A DNA stretch of 64,000 nt from Moniliella sp. 'wahieum' (lineage: Eukaryota), in the NCBI GenBank assembly GCA_003971905.1, contig RSEE01000014.1, positions 434,001 to 498,000 on the forward strand. The letters run 5' to 3'. Below are positions 1-13,497 of this stretch, piece after piece (position 1 is the first letter of the stretch; each line of letters starts with the position of its first letter). Position numbers and translations under genes: made by a program. The notes below the pieces were generated by a model. That model did no database searches, had not been told where the DNA came from, and saw only the letters and a list, made by a program, of their open reading frames with translations.

Positions 1-3000
1 CTCATATGATGCGCCGTCTCGGGCGGTGGGGGCGCCCCCCCCCATTCCATTGCCTACATCATATTTGTGTGTGCTCGCTCTTTTGCATCCGCAACTTGGG
101 GTATTGGTATGCCCTCTTTTGGGGGGATTATACGAGGCTGTGTAGGTATAATCCCCTCTCCGTATAGTCCTGTTGCTCCTCTCCCTATCATCGAAGAATT
201 GTCGACCGTCCACACTTTTGAACCGCTGTTCTGGTAATTTTGCCCTTTTTGTATCTCATGGGCTTTTTATCAGCACTTGTTTTCGCTCCACCCCTTTGCC
301 TCTTCCTGTCTCGTGCATGCCATGCCTTGCTTCTGGTCCAACGTCCCACACATTGAATCGTTTTAACGGAACTGTTATCGATATCATCTCTTTCTTCCGT
401 GTTAGTAGCTCGTGACCTATACGCCTGCTGTGACCCGATTCCGACAAGTTGTCTCTGCTCCGGTCGCTTATGTGTCAGGCTCCTCTTTTCTTTTTTGGCA
501 TATATTGCACCCGCACCCAGTCCACCTTTTTGGTGTATTGCATGAGGCGGCGCGGGAGCCTATTTTACCAATCATACACTCCATCCCCGACACCCACCTC
601 CACAACGAGCCAACTGGAGGAAGAGGAGAAGGGACAAGACGCGGGAGCAACGAAGGCGTGCGTGTGACTGACACCGAGTGATGAGGCCGGGAGCATTCAT
701 GGTAAGAGGATCAGGAATGGAGGTGGACGGCAGTGCAGGACTCGGGAAGACTGGTTTCGATGTTTGCGTACCCGAGGGTGGTACATGAGAGCACTGCGAC
801 CCTTTGAAACGCCCTAGAAGGAGCTGCTTCGGCTGTTGGAACAAGCAGAAAATGCGACAAGCATGCCAAGTACCACGGACGCACCCAAGAATAACACTTC
901 TTCACTCAGGTGATGACGAATGACCTCACGAGGATATGCTGTGCCACCAAGACACAGCGAGCAAGATGTTGGGCGCTGGAAAGAATAAAGGCTTGTCATT
1001 TTGTTAGAAGTGCTTTCCCTTTTGAAGAAGGAGGACCCACTCACTGTTTATCGAGCTTGAACACTACTGATGGATCAGAACGGGGCGAGAGACGAGGTGA
1101 GGCCTTTCAATTGGGGCGTCGGCTCCCACGGCAAGACTGTGTATGCATCGGAAAGAGCAGGACGAGCGTGCCCGTAGACGCAGAACTTGTTGAAAGGTTT
1201 TGGCCGGAAGGTAGCGATATGCAGAGACAAAGAGACAGGGTCGGAGAGGTCCTGTCACGGAACAAAATTCAACTTTTGTAGGATCGCAGCGGGTTCCGTA
1301 CTACAGACTTGGATACTGAAAGCTGGAGGGAGTGGATCGACGGCAAAGAATGTCTAGACGAGAGGATTCCGAAATAGGAAGAGGCGGTCGCTGAATCAAG
1401 TCGGTGGGGCTGCTGGTGAGCTATAGGGAGAGTAACGCGCGGGTGTTGTCTGGTGGGTCAACTAAGGATGGTTCTCGCGCGGATATGTTGCTACAAATTG
1501 ACCCGCTAATAAGAGGGAATGAACACAGAACATAGGGTATACACATGAACTTTAAGGAAGCAACATATTACAACGTACTCCAGGAAGGAATGAAGGCAAT
1601 GTGGTTCTCAAATGAAGGAGCACAAATCAAGAAGTAGGGATAGGTTTTCCCATGCTCGGTTGGGAACAGGAACAGAAAGTCAAACACGAAGAAGGCTCCA
1701 AGTAATGGGCAGATTCTATTACATCCCAGCAAGAACGACAAGGCATGGGGCTCATGAGGGGATAGTCTCACAGGAAACAACGAGACGCCTTGATCAGGAA
1801 ACTGTCGGACACAGCTCTGATCTCAAGGGATCTCAACTTAGAGCTCATTTGCGTTCAAAAGACCCACACCAAAAAGTTTTAAAGTAGACTAAAGTAGAAT
1901 AAAAAAAATCAGTACTATACGGACTCAAAGCTCCACGTACGAATCTCCTCAGCGGTACGAAAGGGACTCGATCTTGGTTGCACGGCGCTGAATGAAGGAG
2001 CATGCTCTGTTTAGGGGCATAGGAGACTAGATGGGGGTTGTTCGGCGATCTAATATGTTGAGCCATCAGGTGGCTCGTGCTTTGGCCAATGTCCCTTCAT
2101 TCCTCCTCGGGCCTACTGGGAGTTCCGTTGTTTTCTCTCCCGTTTTCTTTGTTCCGCAGCTTAGCCCCTGGCTGCTTGATGTTCCTCTGTAGGTGTTGCT
2201 GGTTGGCTTAAACCACCACCACCACCAGTGCGATTGCATCACCCTCGAGTACCATCTGGACACTAGGATAGCCTGCAGTGGCCCGTAACACCCTCACTCT
2301 TGCCATGGCCGAGCTGATTGGTTTTGCAGAGATGAGAGTCGCCCATGAACGAGAGCTGAGACCCACATTCGAGCGTCGAGGGTGAGTCTCGCATTCGAGT
2401 GTTGGTATCGCAGTGGAGCGGTGGAGTTGAGTTTCAGTGTGAGTTCTGCACCGTAACGAGTTTCACATCGGCACTGTTCTGACGATGAGAGGATAGACAC
2501 AGTAATACATGCCTTTAAGATGGAGAGCAAATGTTTGCGGGGCACCGTAGAGAGAGGTAAGTGATGAGTCTCAACGGAGATGGTTCACCACCCAGATTCC
2601 TTCCACGCTCCTTCGTCCCTTGCTCTTGGGCCCACTCCATCGTCCTGTCTCCCAGCACTGGCTGCTCGTGTGGCATGCACGATCCACACACAGTGCATCA
2701 AAAGATCTTCTATACTGAAGAGTTTTTTTGCGCAATCGGAATCTCTGAGACTGTGGACAGCCCGTTGCTGTCTTCGTTTCCCAGTCTTACTCACTTTCGA
2801 AGCACCCACTGGCAGGCACTTTCCTTCGAGAGTGTGGCACTGTCCTCCCATTAAAGGGAGACCCCAACACCCAAAGGCATAAGATGCTTGACGCACAACG
2901 CCCGACGGGTGTCACGAGACGGGATGGGTATATAGTAGGTGCACCTGGCACGTACACCTTACTTGCTGTGAAAGGCAAAACGTTTGGTCGGCCCCAAATG

Positions 3001-3891
3001 CCACTTCTGCGCACGAGAGGGGATGAATGGTGAAGAATGCAGAGCATTCCTGGGTATGATATGGTGTTTCGCTGCTTTCATTTGCATGCTGCTCACATAT
3101 GTCTTCTGCGTGACCATCAAGATTGGGCTATGATGAATTGGGCCGATATCTCTCTTCCTTGGAGTGTTTGAATAAGTTTTGAGCCTGCTGAGCATAGTCT
3201 GGGTATAGGGCGTGGCAGCTGGTACCGGGCAGTTTCTGTTCGCACTCGAGGCTATTCTGGTCCCATAATGACCGCCAGTGGGACAACCTGTCAGCTCATT
3301 TTCCGATAGAAATGATTGTAAGCGGTTACATGCTCTGTTAAAAGCAAAATTGGAGAGCATGAACGAGGACGGCCAAGTATCTCCGCCGCTTCTTCCCCTC
3401 TGTCTTTGCTCGCCCATAATTAAGCACAGAGAGCTTCCCCTTTCAGCAGGCTCTCCATCGCACACACACTCTATCCCCCCCATTAGGCCTAATAGGATTG
3501 CATCCGGTGTTCGTACTATTAACCACACTGGCCCTTCTGAAGACGTTCCGACGGACGACTCTGCCGCTACCTCTTGCTTCTGGGAACGCGAGCCTCAGTA
3601 GCCTCGGCAGTCTATATAACCGGAGGGGCAGTAGTAGCTAATCGATAGCTTCTTTTAACCATGTCGTGGGCAGTCACTATCACAATCTCCGATCTAAAAA
3701 AATGTCCAATTTTCATATCTGCGTTTGATATTCGAATTTCAACATTCAATCCTCCTACCACACGTGTTCGCTATAAAGCACCCAGCGGCGGCCATCATCG
3801 ACAAGACCAACTGCCCCTGCCTCCCTTTCCCTTAAACGCATTGCCTCGACTGCGCACAGCCCCCCTCGTTCATTCTTATCTCTGTCGCAGC

Positions 3892-4866
3892 ATGAGCCTC
3901 AAGACCAACGGAACCCCCTCCAGCGGACGCGTGGTGGAGAGCGTATCAATCGACAAGTGGGTGCCGATGAGGGGCGATGCGGCCCAGCCCTACGTGGCCT
4001 ATGTCCTCGCCATCCGCATCCCACCCGTCCAGAGGTGGACTGTCAAGCGGCGCTACAATGACTTTCTTCAGCTTTCCACAGCGTTGACTGCCGCTCCACC
4101 TCAGGGTGCTGGTCGCGCCCCACCATCGGAACTGCCGCCCAAGCGGGCGTTCCAAACCGGCTGGCGGCAAACGTTCTCCTTTGGCGCTGCAGCCCAAGAA
4201 CACGCCCATCAGCTGGCAGATGAACGTTTGCCCTCCTCCAGGACTGGGTTCAGGCCATAATTCAACACGCTGATCCGATCTGGCGCTCCTCCCGCGCCTT
4301 CCGCGCCTTCCTCGCCCTCCCAGACGACGCTCAGTTTAATATGGTACCTTCTAAGCCACGTGGTGCGGCCGACGCAGCTGGTGGCAGCGCGACACGCACT
4401 CCGGCACCCATGCCGGGGGGATGGACGGGGCCCAGCGTACGCCGTTTAGGTGCAGCCGCCTTGGCTCCTCCCGCCGCGCCGCGCCCCCACCCCAGCAAAG
4501 GAGACCTCTCTTACCCGCGGCTTGGGTGACGATGAGCTTTTGAAGAGCCAGAACGACGTGATGGAGCGGCAGGACGACCAACTTCGTAACCTTGCCGCCA
4601 CCATTCGGCGTCAGCGTGAGTTGGGCCTGACGATCAACCAAGAGTTGCGCGAGCAGACAGAGATGCTGGGCCAAATGGACCGCGAGCTGGATGGGGTCCA
4701 GGACAAGATGACATCCAGCAACAAACTCATGCGCCGTCTTGATAATGATCGACCTTACAAGGCCGCTCCCCCACTTTTCTGTTTACCCCCCCTCACTCAT
4801 TTGGGCTTATTTTCCTTCCGTTTTTGCATCGTATACCATTCGGTCCTCTGCCATCACCGTCCCTGA
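3892..4866 (+). CDS. VAM7: Vam7-like vacuolar Qc-SNARE (PX domain plus C-terminal t-SNARE coiled coil); frameshifted in assembly; true stop may be near 4748
   Basis: PX motif YVAYVLAI..WTVKRRYNDFLQL..PPSELPPKR in ORF 3661-4260; SNARE helix QNDVMERQDDQLRNLAATIRRQRELGLTINQELREQTEMLGQMDRELD in ORF 4450-4866. Confidence 0.8.
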
Positions 4867-5409
4867 CGTAGTGAACATGCCTCACGTTTTAACTTCTCCA
4901 ATCAACAAAGCATGTTCGCTGTGCCCGTGTTTCAATAACGTGGTACCTCGACTTCCCCGCGATCCGTTTCGGCCAGAGACGGCGGGACGTCATTCAGATT
5001 GGCTCAACTCGTGCCTTCCTGTGACATGTTGGGCTGGTACGCGACGCCCTGGGGAATCATACATCCTTCGCTGGCGCTTCACTATTACCTTCATTTACAT
5101 GATCTGTAGTTTTCCATTGGGCCACCACAGGCAGCAGGTCCTAGCTAATAACAGGCTGACACACCTTGGGCCCATAGCGTTTTTTTATCGAGAGTGGGAA
5201 CGAGGCGGGCAGTCTGTCCAGCGTACATTGGCAAAACACGAAGTGCTGCGGGCCTATCCCAGCCAACCAACTACGACTATAACACGGAACGGACAAGACA
5301 TGTGAAGAACAGCCAGAGGCCAGAGTTCAGGTTGAAGGTTTACAACGTCCAGGGAATCACGAGACAGCTGCCATGGTAGTTCAGGCTCCGATCGAAGTGG
5401 GAGCTAGAA

Positions 5410-5860
5410 TTAAGCCGAGTGCTTCGAGATGGCGGCGTTGAGCTTGGGCGGGGCAGCGCCGATCACCTCGTCGATCTTCTGGCCGTCCTTGTAGAAGATG
5501 AACGTTGGCATCGCCGTCACACCGGCCGTGGCAGCAATCTGCGGCTGCTCGTCCACGTCGACCTTGTAGAACTCGAGCTTGTCGGCGGGCGTCGAGCCCT
5601 GCAGCTTCTCGAAGATGGGCGAGATCATCTTGCATGGCCCACACCAAGTAGCCCCTAGACAGAAAAAGAGACGGAAGTCAGTACGTGCGGGCCATGATCG
5701 CGAACCTGATGAGGGACTTGAGCGAGGATAAGAACAAGCCACGCCCACATCCAGCGATCCTACTTTGATGGGATGAACACTCACAGAAGTCAATGACAAC
5801 GGTCTTGCCGCTGTTGATGATGGTCTGGAACGACTCGAAGGACTCAATAGCCTGCACCAT
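5410..5860 (-). CDS. TRX1: Thioredoxin, two exons (intron 5655-5784)
   Basis: MVQAIESFESFQTIINSGKTVVIDF / WATWCGPCKMISP..FYKVDVDE..AMPTF; GTGAGT donor and TAG acceptor give an in-frame splice. Confidence 0.95.
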
Positions 5861-6781
5861 GATGAAGGGGAAGCAGCTGAAGCAGAGGAAGGTGGTGGGA
5901 GCGGAGCACGTGGCGGGGCAGCGACAGAGACCTTAAGTAGCAGCTGGCGGCCGTGCGGGCCTCCGACCAGCTTCCCCGTTCTTAGAACAGGGCAGTGTGT
6001 CTGCAATGACGCCATGATCGATGATGGACGATGCATGATGGCTCTCGTAAAGGCCGAACACTGCCCTCTTCCAGCCTGCGGCCTTCCGCAAAGGGTTTAA
6101 AGCGCAGCGGGCAGGTGGGCAGATGATTACCTAATCCTTCCAACTCGCTTCGTTGTGCTTCGACTTGATCGGACTGGATGTGGCGGTGGGATGGGGGCCG
6201 CCTCCGCCACGAACTAGCCGCAGCACCACGACCCCCATCCGCTTGAAGCTTGAGCTTAGTCGTTAAATTTAACGAATAGAGCGGCCTTGGGACTAAGGCT
6301 GAGTTGCGAACATTGGCCAAGGTTGGTTGCCGGTGGGGCCTTAGGTCTTGGGCCTTAAGCTTCAAGGGGCATTGCAACGAGCATGAATGGGAAGGAAAAG
6401 GATAGGCACTGTTGGGACCATGATCTGTGCGCACAGAATCACCTGTAGAATCACTGATTTACATCAACCTACGCGCTACGCATCATGCATCATGCATCAT
6501 GTTGCACACAACAAGCCCGGCTGTGGAGTGGGAAAAGTCCAATCAGGCCGCCTTTACCTTCTTAGCTGCTCCAAGGAGACATCCCCATCGACATTGCACA
6601 TTCATTGACTGGCTTCTCACTTCATCCTATGGGCCACCGACTATTGTATGTCACCGCATTCGATGAGCATATGCACTGTGTGTATTGTCAAAAGATAGAT
6701 AGATCGTGGCATGGGGCGTGGGGCGTGGGGCCTACAGAGAAGAATATGGGGCAGTTCCAGATGAAGCCAGACGCTCCCAGT

Positions 6782-7779
6782 TCACAGCTTGGCCTTGGCC
6801 AGAGGGTCCTTGCGGGAGATCTTGGCTTTGATCAGGCCCGAAGGGTGTTGCTGCGGGAGGAAGACCTCGGCGTCCTTCTCGTTGGTGTTGGACAGCCCCT
6901 TAAAGGAGAGGTCGACAGGAACATAGTGCTTGTTCGGCAGCGCATACTCCACATCCTCGAGCCACTTGTGCGCGCCGGTCGAGAAGAAAGGCTTGGAGTC
7001 GTTGAGAATGTCAGAGGCCATTGTGAACATGGTAGCCTGCACCGAGGCCGAGTCATCTGTAGCAAACACGCGGATCGTGTGTGCCTTGGCCGCATCCGCA
7101 ATCGCATCAAAGTCCGTTAGGCCATCCTTGGCAGCCAAGAGCTGCGGCAGAGGGGTGACCGGGACGTTGAAGGAATAGGTCAAGTCGATAGCGGTAGAAA
7201 AGATACGATCGTTGACCGGCACCAGAGTGGTGAATTCGTCCTTGTAGAAGCCATGGAAGGCCGAGCCGGACGACTTGAGTACCAGCAGGTCCTTCAATCC
7301 ACCCTCCAGTTTGCTCACCACAGGCGCCCCCGTCGCACCCCGCCGGGCTTCGAGGTAAACCGTGCGCACCTCATTCCCATCCCGAACAAAAGAGTGCTTG
7401 TGCGGGCCATCCTCAAGCACAATCCGGGTCCACTTGAGCTTTTGAATCGTCACATCCACCCGGTCAGGTGGTCGTACTTGCCCAAGAAGTGGGACGCCGC
7501 CGAGAGAGCAAAGCGCTCGGGCACAAGGACGTCCCCAGGCGCCAGCGTTTTAGCAAGAACGTTGAGCGTGTTCTTGACAGAGTCGGTGGCCACAACCAGA
7601 GAGTTGTCGGCGTGCGTGTAGGACTGAGCCAACTTGTTCTCCTTGGCCACCGGGCCGCGCAACAGGCAACGGACAATGTATTCGACAATCTGGTGCTTGC
7701 TCTTGTCCTGAGGGTCGCGCACAACACGGAGGATGCGGACGAGGTCCTTGCCGTAGCTGTAGTCGTAGAGGTGGACCAT
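6782..7779 (-). CDS. Urate oxidase (uricase); one frameshift near 7460
   Basis: YGKDLVR, SYTHADNSLVVATDSVKNT, LLVLKSSGSAFHGFYKDEFTTL, SASVQATM, YALPNKHY; ends in AKL (PTS1-type peroxisomal signal). Confidence 0.93.
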
Positions 7780-8639
7780 TGTCGTAGGGAGTAAAGTGTT
7801 GAGTGCGAATGGGGGAAGGCGAGGGGATGGGATGAGGGCCGCAACGTTCGGCGGCATCGGAACTTAAATACGTCAGGACAAGCAGAGGGGCCGGCGTATC
7901 TCTCACCTAGATAACACCGTGACACTGCGCTGGTGCGTAGGTGAAATGTTGAATACTCGCCGGAAGATGCGCAACGCCTTCCGGTTCTCCGTCTTGAAGA
8001 AGCTCGAGGAGCCAATAGCAAAGGTCAGGTCATTCGCGCCCAGCCGGTCTCTCCCGACATTCTTCTTCCGTTTTTCGGGTCAGCTTCCACAGGTTCAAGG
8101 TCCAAGTTGCTGGTCCACAGCTTTTCCTCCGGCAGTGCCCCCCTCCACTCCGAGAGCTAATGCGGCTCTCTGTCGTGCCAGGGAACCGGACCAGGACCCG
8201 ACGCATCCGAAATCGTTGAATCATTTCACTGATACAGACTCATCACAATTCAGGAAATCTGCACCTTTTCGTATCGTAATTTCCAAAGCATTGCATGTAG
8301 GAGGCGGAACCAAAAAGAATTGCCGCGCCGACTACACTGGCTTATGGGGTGTATGCTCTGCGACTTCGTATGTCAACTCGTACTCAACCCTCTCACACGG
8401 TCAACCCAATCAAGAGAACTGTCCAGACGTCAGCAGGTCAGGACTCTAGGGCTCCCATCATTAATCATTCACTCCCATGAATCCAAAACATGTATAAGCG
8501 CAAGTAACGAATGTGACATGTGCCATGAGCGTCGGAGACGTCTAATCGAGCTGGGAACCATATCTCCCATGAGCGACTCTTCAATGAAAACACGCCTCCA
8601 GTGCTCAAACATCTTGTTGACTGTCTTTCTGTGGCACAT

Positions 8640-9760
8640 ATAACTATAGTAATGCCCGCAAGTCGTCATGACCATCGGGGGGAAGATCGGCTCTATCGCA
8701 TAGTATATAAAGTGTGCCTTCTTGATAATTGGGATTCTTGTTGCATTCTTCCACTTCAAAAGTAACAGAAGAACGGATGAAGGAACGGTAGTAGTTGGCG
8801 AAACCGAGGAAGACTTGGACTTGAGGAAACGCTTCACCGTTGGCCATGACCTACTAAATCGACCCAACCTTGGACGGATCCATTGCGGCCCCGTTGGACA
8901 TAATGACGCAGCCTACTACTAGGTACTCCGGATGAGGGGTGTGTCAAACTGGCATTTGTCGAGGTTGAGGTAGAACTTTTGGCCCACTGTGCAGGCCCCT
9001 CACACCACCTCTCCGCAATCTGGTACTGGCTCCCTCTGTCGTTGGTCGGAAAGTGTACATGCGTCAAGTTATGCAAGCACTGAAACATCGGGGAGGTAGC
9101 AGAGGAGGACGTTCATCATGCCTTGGAAAGTGGCAGGGGCATTGAAAAGAGGCTAAACGGCATAACCGGTGAGTCTTACACCCTTCGCCTTCTTCGATCA
9201 CCACGGAGGTTGGATTTCGTGAATTGAGACGCGCCCCCCCGAGAGGCTGTCGTGCGAGTCACTCAAATCTCTGTGTGCATATGCCAACTCGTTGTTGATG
9301 GTCAACAAGTTGACCAGCGCTCCACATAGTCACAGGCCCGGCGAGCCGTCCTTCTTCTTGACACACAGGACGCCCGCCGTACTGAAAGGAGACTTGGATA
9401 TTGACCGGATGAAATCTGAAGCTGTATTCCCCTCGAGAGCCATTGGGCCACGGCCTGCATTTTGCGCCCCCGTCAATAAGAGGCATACCAGACTAGTGAG
9501 CGTGTGGGGTTGGTGCCGGGGACAAGACTGATGGTGTTGTGGGCAGCACGATGGGAGGGGAACGCCTTGGCCTCCGACTTTGAGAAGGTGCGTAAGGAGA
9601 GGTATAACGAGGCGGAAAGTCTGGCATATGTACTGGAGTACTTGTAGGCATATCAATTTCGTTGGGAAACGTATGACCTCGGGACCAAGGGCAACAGCGA
9701 CAAACAGGATGGCCAACTGGTGCTCAGCGGAGTAGGCCACGTTTACCATAGCCTAGTATT
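8640..9760 (-). mobile_element. Degenerate Ty3/gypsy reverse-transcriptase relic (may extend to about 10400)
   Basis: Ordered RT fragments DFIRSISKSPF..VLCVKKKDGS, FNAPATFQGMMN, VLA*LDA (decayed YLDD), MDPSKV..SWPT, FLGFANYYRSFI; stops and frameshifts; no LTRs found. Confidence 0.8.
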
Positions 9761-11465
9761 CCCTTGCCATACCTAACTCAACCTTTTTCAGAGAGAGAAG
9801 GCCAGTAGGACTGAGGTTCACACATCAGTGAGAAAGGCAGGGACAAAGGGAGCCGAAGATCGCGTAAAGGAGAAAAGTATAGCGTGCTGCGAGACGAAAC
9901 GCGGGGTGGGGCGGGTGAAGGGGAAGACGAGTAGATGGTTGGCTGGGAGGGAGCTACAATGGGGAAAGTGGTCCCTAACCCATAGGCGGACAGGGCATGG
10001 CGAAGCGAGGATGCCAGCACAAGCGGTTCATGCCAGAACGCAAGCGAGACACAACAGTCTCTACGATGCAGACAGCGAATACAGCAGTGAGAGGGGAGGA
10101 GTATCGAGTATAAGCGGGAGCGGGATACAGGTGGAGGTAAGGCAAATACAGGCGTTGCTACGAGAAGAAAACAAAAGCTTATGAGTAGGTAAGCTAACTG
10201 AAGAAGACCTAGCCAGTCACGTGTGGCAACAGAACCATGCCTCCCTTAGCTTGCCTAGGAAGAGGCAACTGAAGACTCGACAGCGTCCGGAGGGGAAGGG
10301 AGTGGACGGAGCCAACGACCGTGGGCCGTCTCGGTGACAACACGGCCGCGGTCGCGTCGGTCAGCCTGTACGTGGCGGTAGCTGTCGCACCGGCGACCCG
10401 TAAAGGCGGAGTCCATTTAGCGGACACGGCGCCCACGGGGTCCGAAATGCGTTGAACAAGCAGCTGTTGGACCCAGGAACCGGTAGGGAACTGAATGCGC
10501 TGAACGGAGCCGTCGAAATGGGTGTGCCTCCGACTCTGTCCTGGTGCCGCGAAAACGTGCTCGTGTATGACACATGGTGATCACGGCCCAACAACGTATA
10601 GAAACGATGAATGTGAGAGAGGGGAAATATGTACTCAGGCTGTAAGGAGTTGGGCCGGAAGAGAGACCCACTATGAGGGGATGATGGTGGATGGAAATGT
10701 GGAAAAAAACACCTCGGTCGACACCTCATGGGACCCGACCCCCAAAACAGAGCCCTCCACTGCTATGTCATCATATTCTAGGTGATGGAGGGCACCCGAA
10801 GACAATTAGGCTGACGGAAGGGCCAAGGACGACTGGGACCCACTGCCGTCCCAGACAGCATCAGCGACAGGAGCATGGAGAGGGAGGGGCGAGGTGGAGG
10901 TGGGGCACTCGCCAATGTCTCTGCGTGCTTACATCTCGGATGACGTGGTCCCCATCCCGACTTGATCAATCGCCTCTCCCCTTTCCAGCAGGAATATGCT
11001 AGCTGACGATGGTGCCGTTAACCTCCGATACGAGGTCGAACAAGTCCCTGCCGCTCTCTGCAATAAAAGCATTAGCAGCTGAAGCGGCGTCAAATGTGGT
11101 TCGCCACACCAGCAGGAGTAGGTACCTGTCTCGATCATGTCTTATGACGCCGAGCCTGTGTTTTGTTTCCATTATGCCCACCGACTTTCCCTCGCTTACC
11201 TCCGCCAACGACGGAGACGATGACTGAAAGTTCTGCCCGACAACCGATTGCTACATTCCCAGACCTTTTGTCTGGACTCTACTCTCCGATCGCGCACCCG
11301 ACTGCGACTACCCCACGGTTACCCACACAGCGCTCTTTGTTGCGTAATATAATATCACTGTTTCTATATCCGAATTTTGGAGATGAATGGGGGGAGCCAA
11401 ACGTCATGTCGAGAATCGAACGCGAAATCAACTTAATCTGCTGCAATGGAGCGAGCTTCAGCAAT

Positions 11466-11529
11466 CTGTGGATGGGTGAGCAAAGGGAGGTGGACGACTG
11501 TGGATGGGTGAGCAAAGGGAGGTGGACGA
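11466..11529. repeat. Perfect 32-bp tandem duplication
   Basis: CTGTGGATGGGTGAGCAAAGGGAGGTGGACGA twice. Confidence 0.95.
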
Positions 11530-11875
11530 AACGTTGTCCCTGTGTGGAACCGATATCGACAACACAGCGCGGGGTTAGTGGTCTTTTCGTTAATCAAAAA
11601 AATCCACCCGAGCTACGAGAGAGGTGTGTGTCTTTTATTGGCAGCTTACCGGTTATACCATCGTTCACGCTCGCCACGTCTTCTCAGACTGGGGCCTCAT
11701 CCAATACGACTCTACGTTCGGGTTGGCCAGTGCATATTAGTGTGCCCATGAATTGCCGATGCGACCGCCTTTTCGAGCGTTTCTCCCTAGCTGTGAGAGA
11801 TCTGACGGAGAGGGCCATGTGTTGGACCAAAAGCTTTTTCACAAGCAACAGACGGTGACCTGAGTCGCGCAGCGA

Positions 11876-12740
11876 TGTCACATGTCACGTGTCACTGTGA
11901 CACGGGGTTTGCACACGCGACGTGTCACCATCACATGTCGCATGCCACATGCCACGGGTCGCATGCCACATGTCACCCATCCCATGTCTGCATGTCATGC
12001 GCGTCACATGTCGGCCAAGGGTCACCGATAGGTCACCCATGATGCATGGTGCATGCATGATGCATGCATGATGCATGAATGGAGTAAACTAGTAAAAGTA
12101 GTAACTAGTTAACATAGGGGTTCGGTCGTAACCACATCTGGATCTAAGTACTCTTCGGCCTCAGGGCCTGACCGGCCTGAGCGCCTGAGCGCCTGAGCGC
12201 TAATAAGCCTCAGCAGCTCCTGAGGCTGAGCAGGCTGAGCACCACGAGCACAAGCTTCGAGCGGCAAGGACCGTGCGGCTTGCACTGTGGCTTGCACTCT
12301 TTCTGCGCCGCTATGGCGAGTGCAAGGACTTCCACGTGCGTCGTTGGGCGTTGCACTTCAGTATGAGGCCACAGTTGTGGTATGGCCTGGGATTCTTGGG
12401 GCTAGTTAGTTTGATTAGGATGGCGAGCTCTGACGCCAAGTAGCAACGTGTAACGCGAGTAACGCTAGTAACGCTCAACTAGCAAAGCAGCAAAGCGAGC
12501 AGCGAGTAACTAGCTATGCCTAATCGACAACCGGTAAGCATTAATCATTAATCAATCTAATCATCAATCAGCGCTCAGCCCAAGCCTGACAAGATCGCCG
12601 CCAGTGGCCGTTTGCCACCCGATGCATCTGCGCATGCGTGGGGTGGGTCAGATTGGTCTCAGAAGTGAGATGCGAGGGGAGGGAGCTTAGCGCTTAGTGT
12701 TTAAAGTTAACGTTTAACGTTAGACGGTAGCACTACAGCG
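11876..12740. repeat. Intergenic block of short palindromic words (CATG/ATGCAT, CTNAG, TTAA, AACGTT)
   Basis: CATGTCACATGTCACGTG.., GATGCATGCATGATGCATGA, CCTGAGCGCCTGAGCGCCTGAGCG, TTAACGTTTAACG. Confidence 0.75.
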
Positions 12741-13497
12741 CTAGCCTGGAGCAGCGCCAGCAGGCAGCCATCGCATATCGATCCGAGAATTGGGCGCGGG
12801 GCGCGCGGCGCATGAGCACTGGTGTGGTTCAACGTCATTCTTTCGAACTCGGTGAGACTGTGCCTGCGCCTGGACGTGTGCCTGGCTGGGGCTTGCGCGC
12901 GGGGTCGGGCAAGCGGCCATTCGTCTTGGTGTTTCGATCAGGATTAGGACTTCGATTACGCCTGGGGCCCTGCCTTGCGGCTGCGATCGTTCCTCTGCCA
13001 TTACAGGCACGCGGCGGGACAATGTGCAGGCGGCGCGCTGCCCAGCCTGGGCGCTCAGCCTCAGCCTCAGGCCTCACGCCCCCGCGGCCGGTGCCGCACA
13101 GGGGCAGTGCCTGCACGCGGGCGGCTCAGCGCTCACCGCAGGCCACAGGCCTCACGCCTCACGCGTCACGAGCCGAGGGACCGGCGCGGTGGGCCAGTGC
13201 TGCCCCCATCGCAGACAGGCACCCGTGGCGGACGCAGTGCTCTGCAGTGCGGCTGGCCGCTGCTGCCGGCTGGAGCGGCGGACGCGGCGTGCTGCTTGCC
13301 GCCCCGCCGCTCCCTCCGCCCCCTCCCCACCACCCTCAGCCTCACGGCCTCGGCAGCCCCGGCCCCACCCCCGTCCCTTGCCCCGCTGTGCTCAGGTCCA
13401 GGCACGCCCCACCCACCTCCGCCCTCGCCCACGCGCTCGCCGTCCATCTTGTCTCTCCCGCCGCCGGCCTCGGCTGCTGACCTCCAGGCACCCACCC

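Noticed and set aside
1..3600. Short ORFs as genes or transposon remnants
   Set aside because: No recognisable motifs or consistent coding strand
10780..11860. Possible DNA-transposase remnant next to the gypsy relic
   Set aside because: No catalytic motif or terminal inverted repeats could be identified
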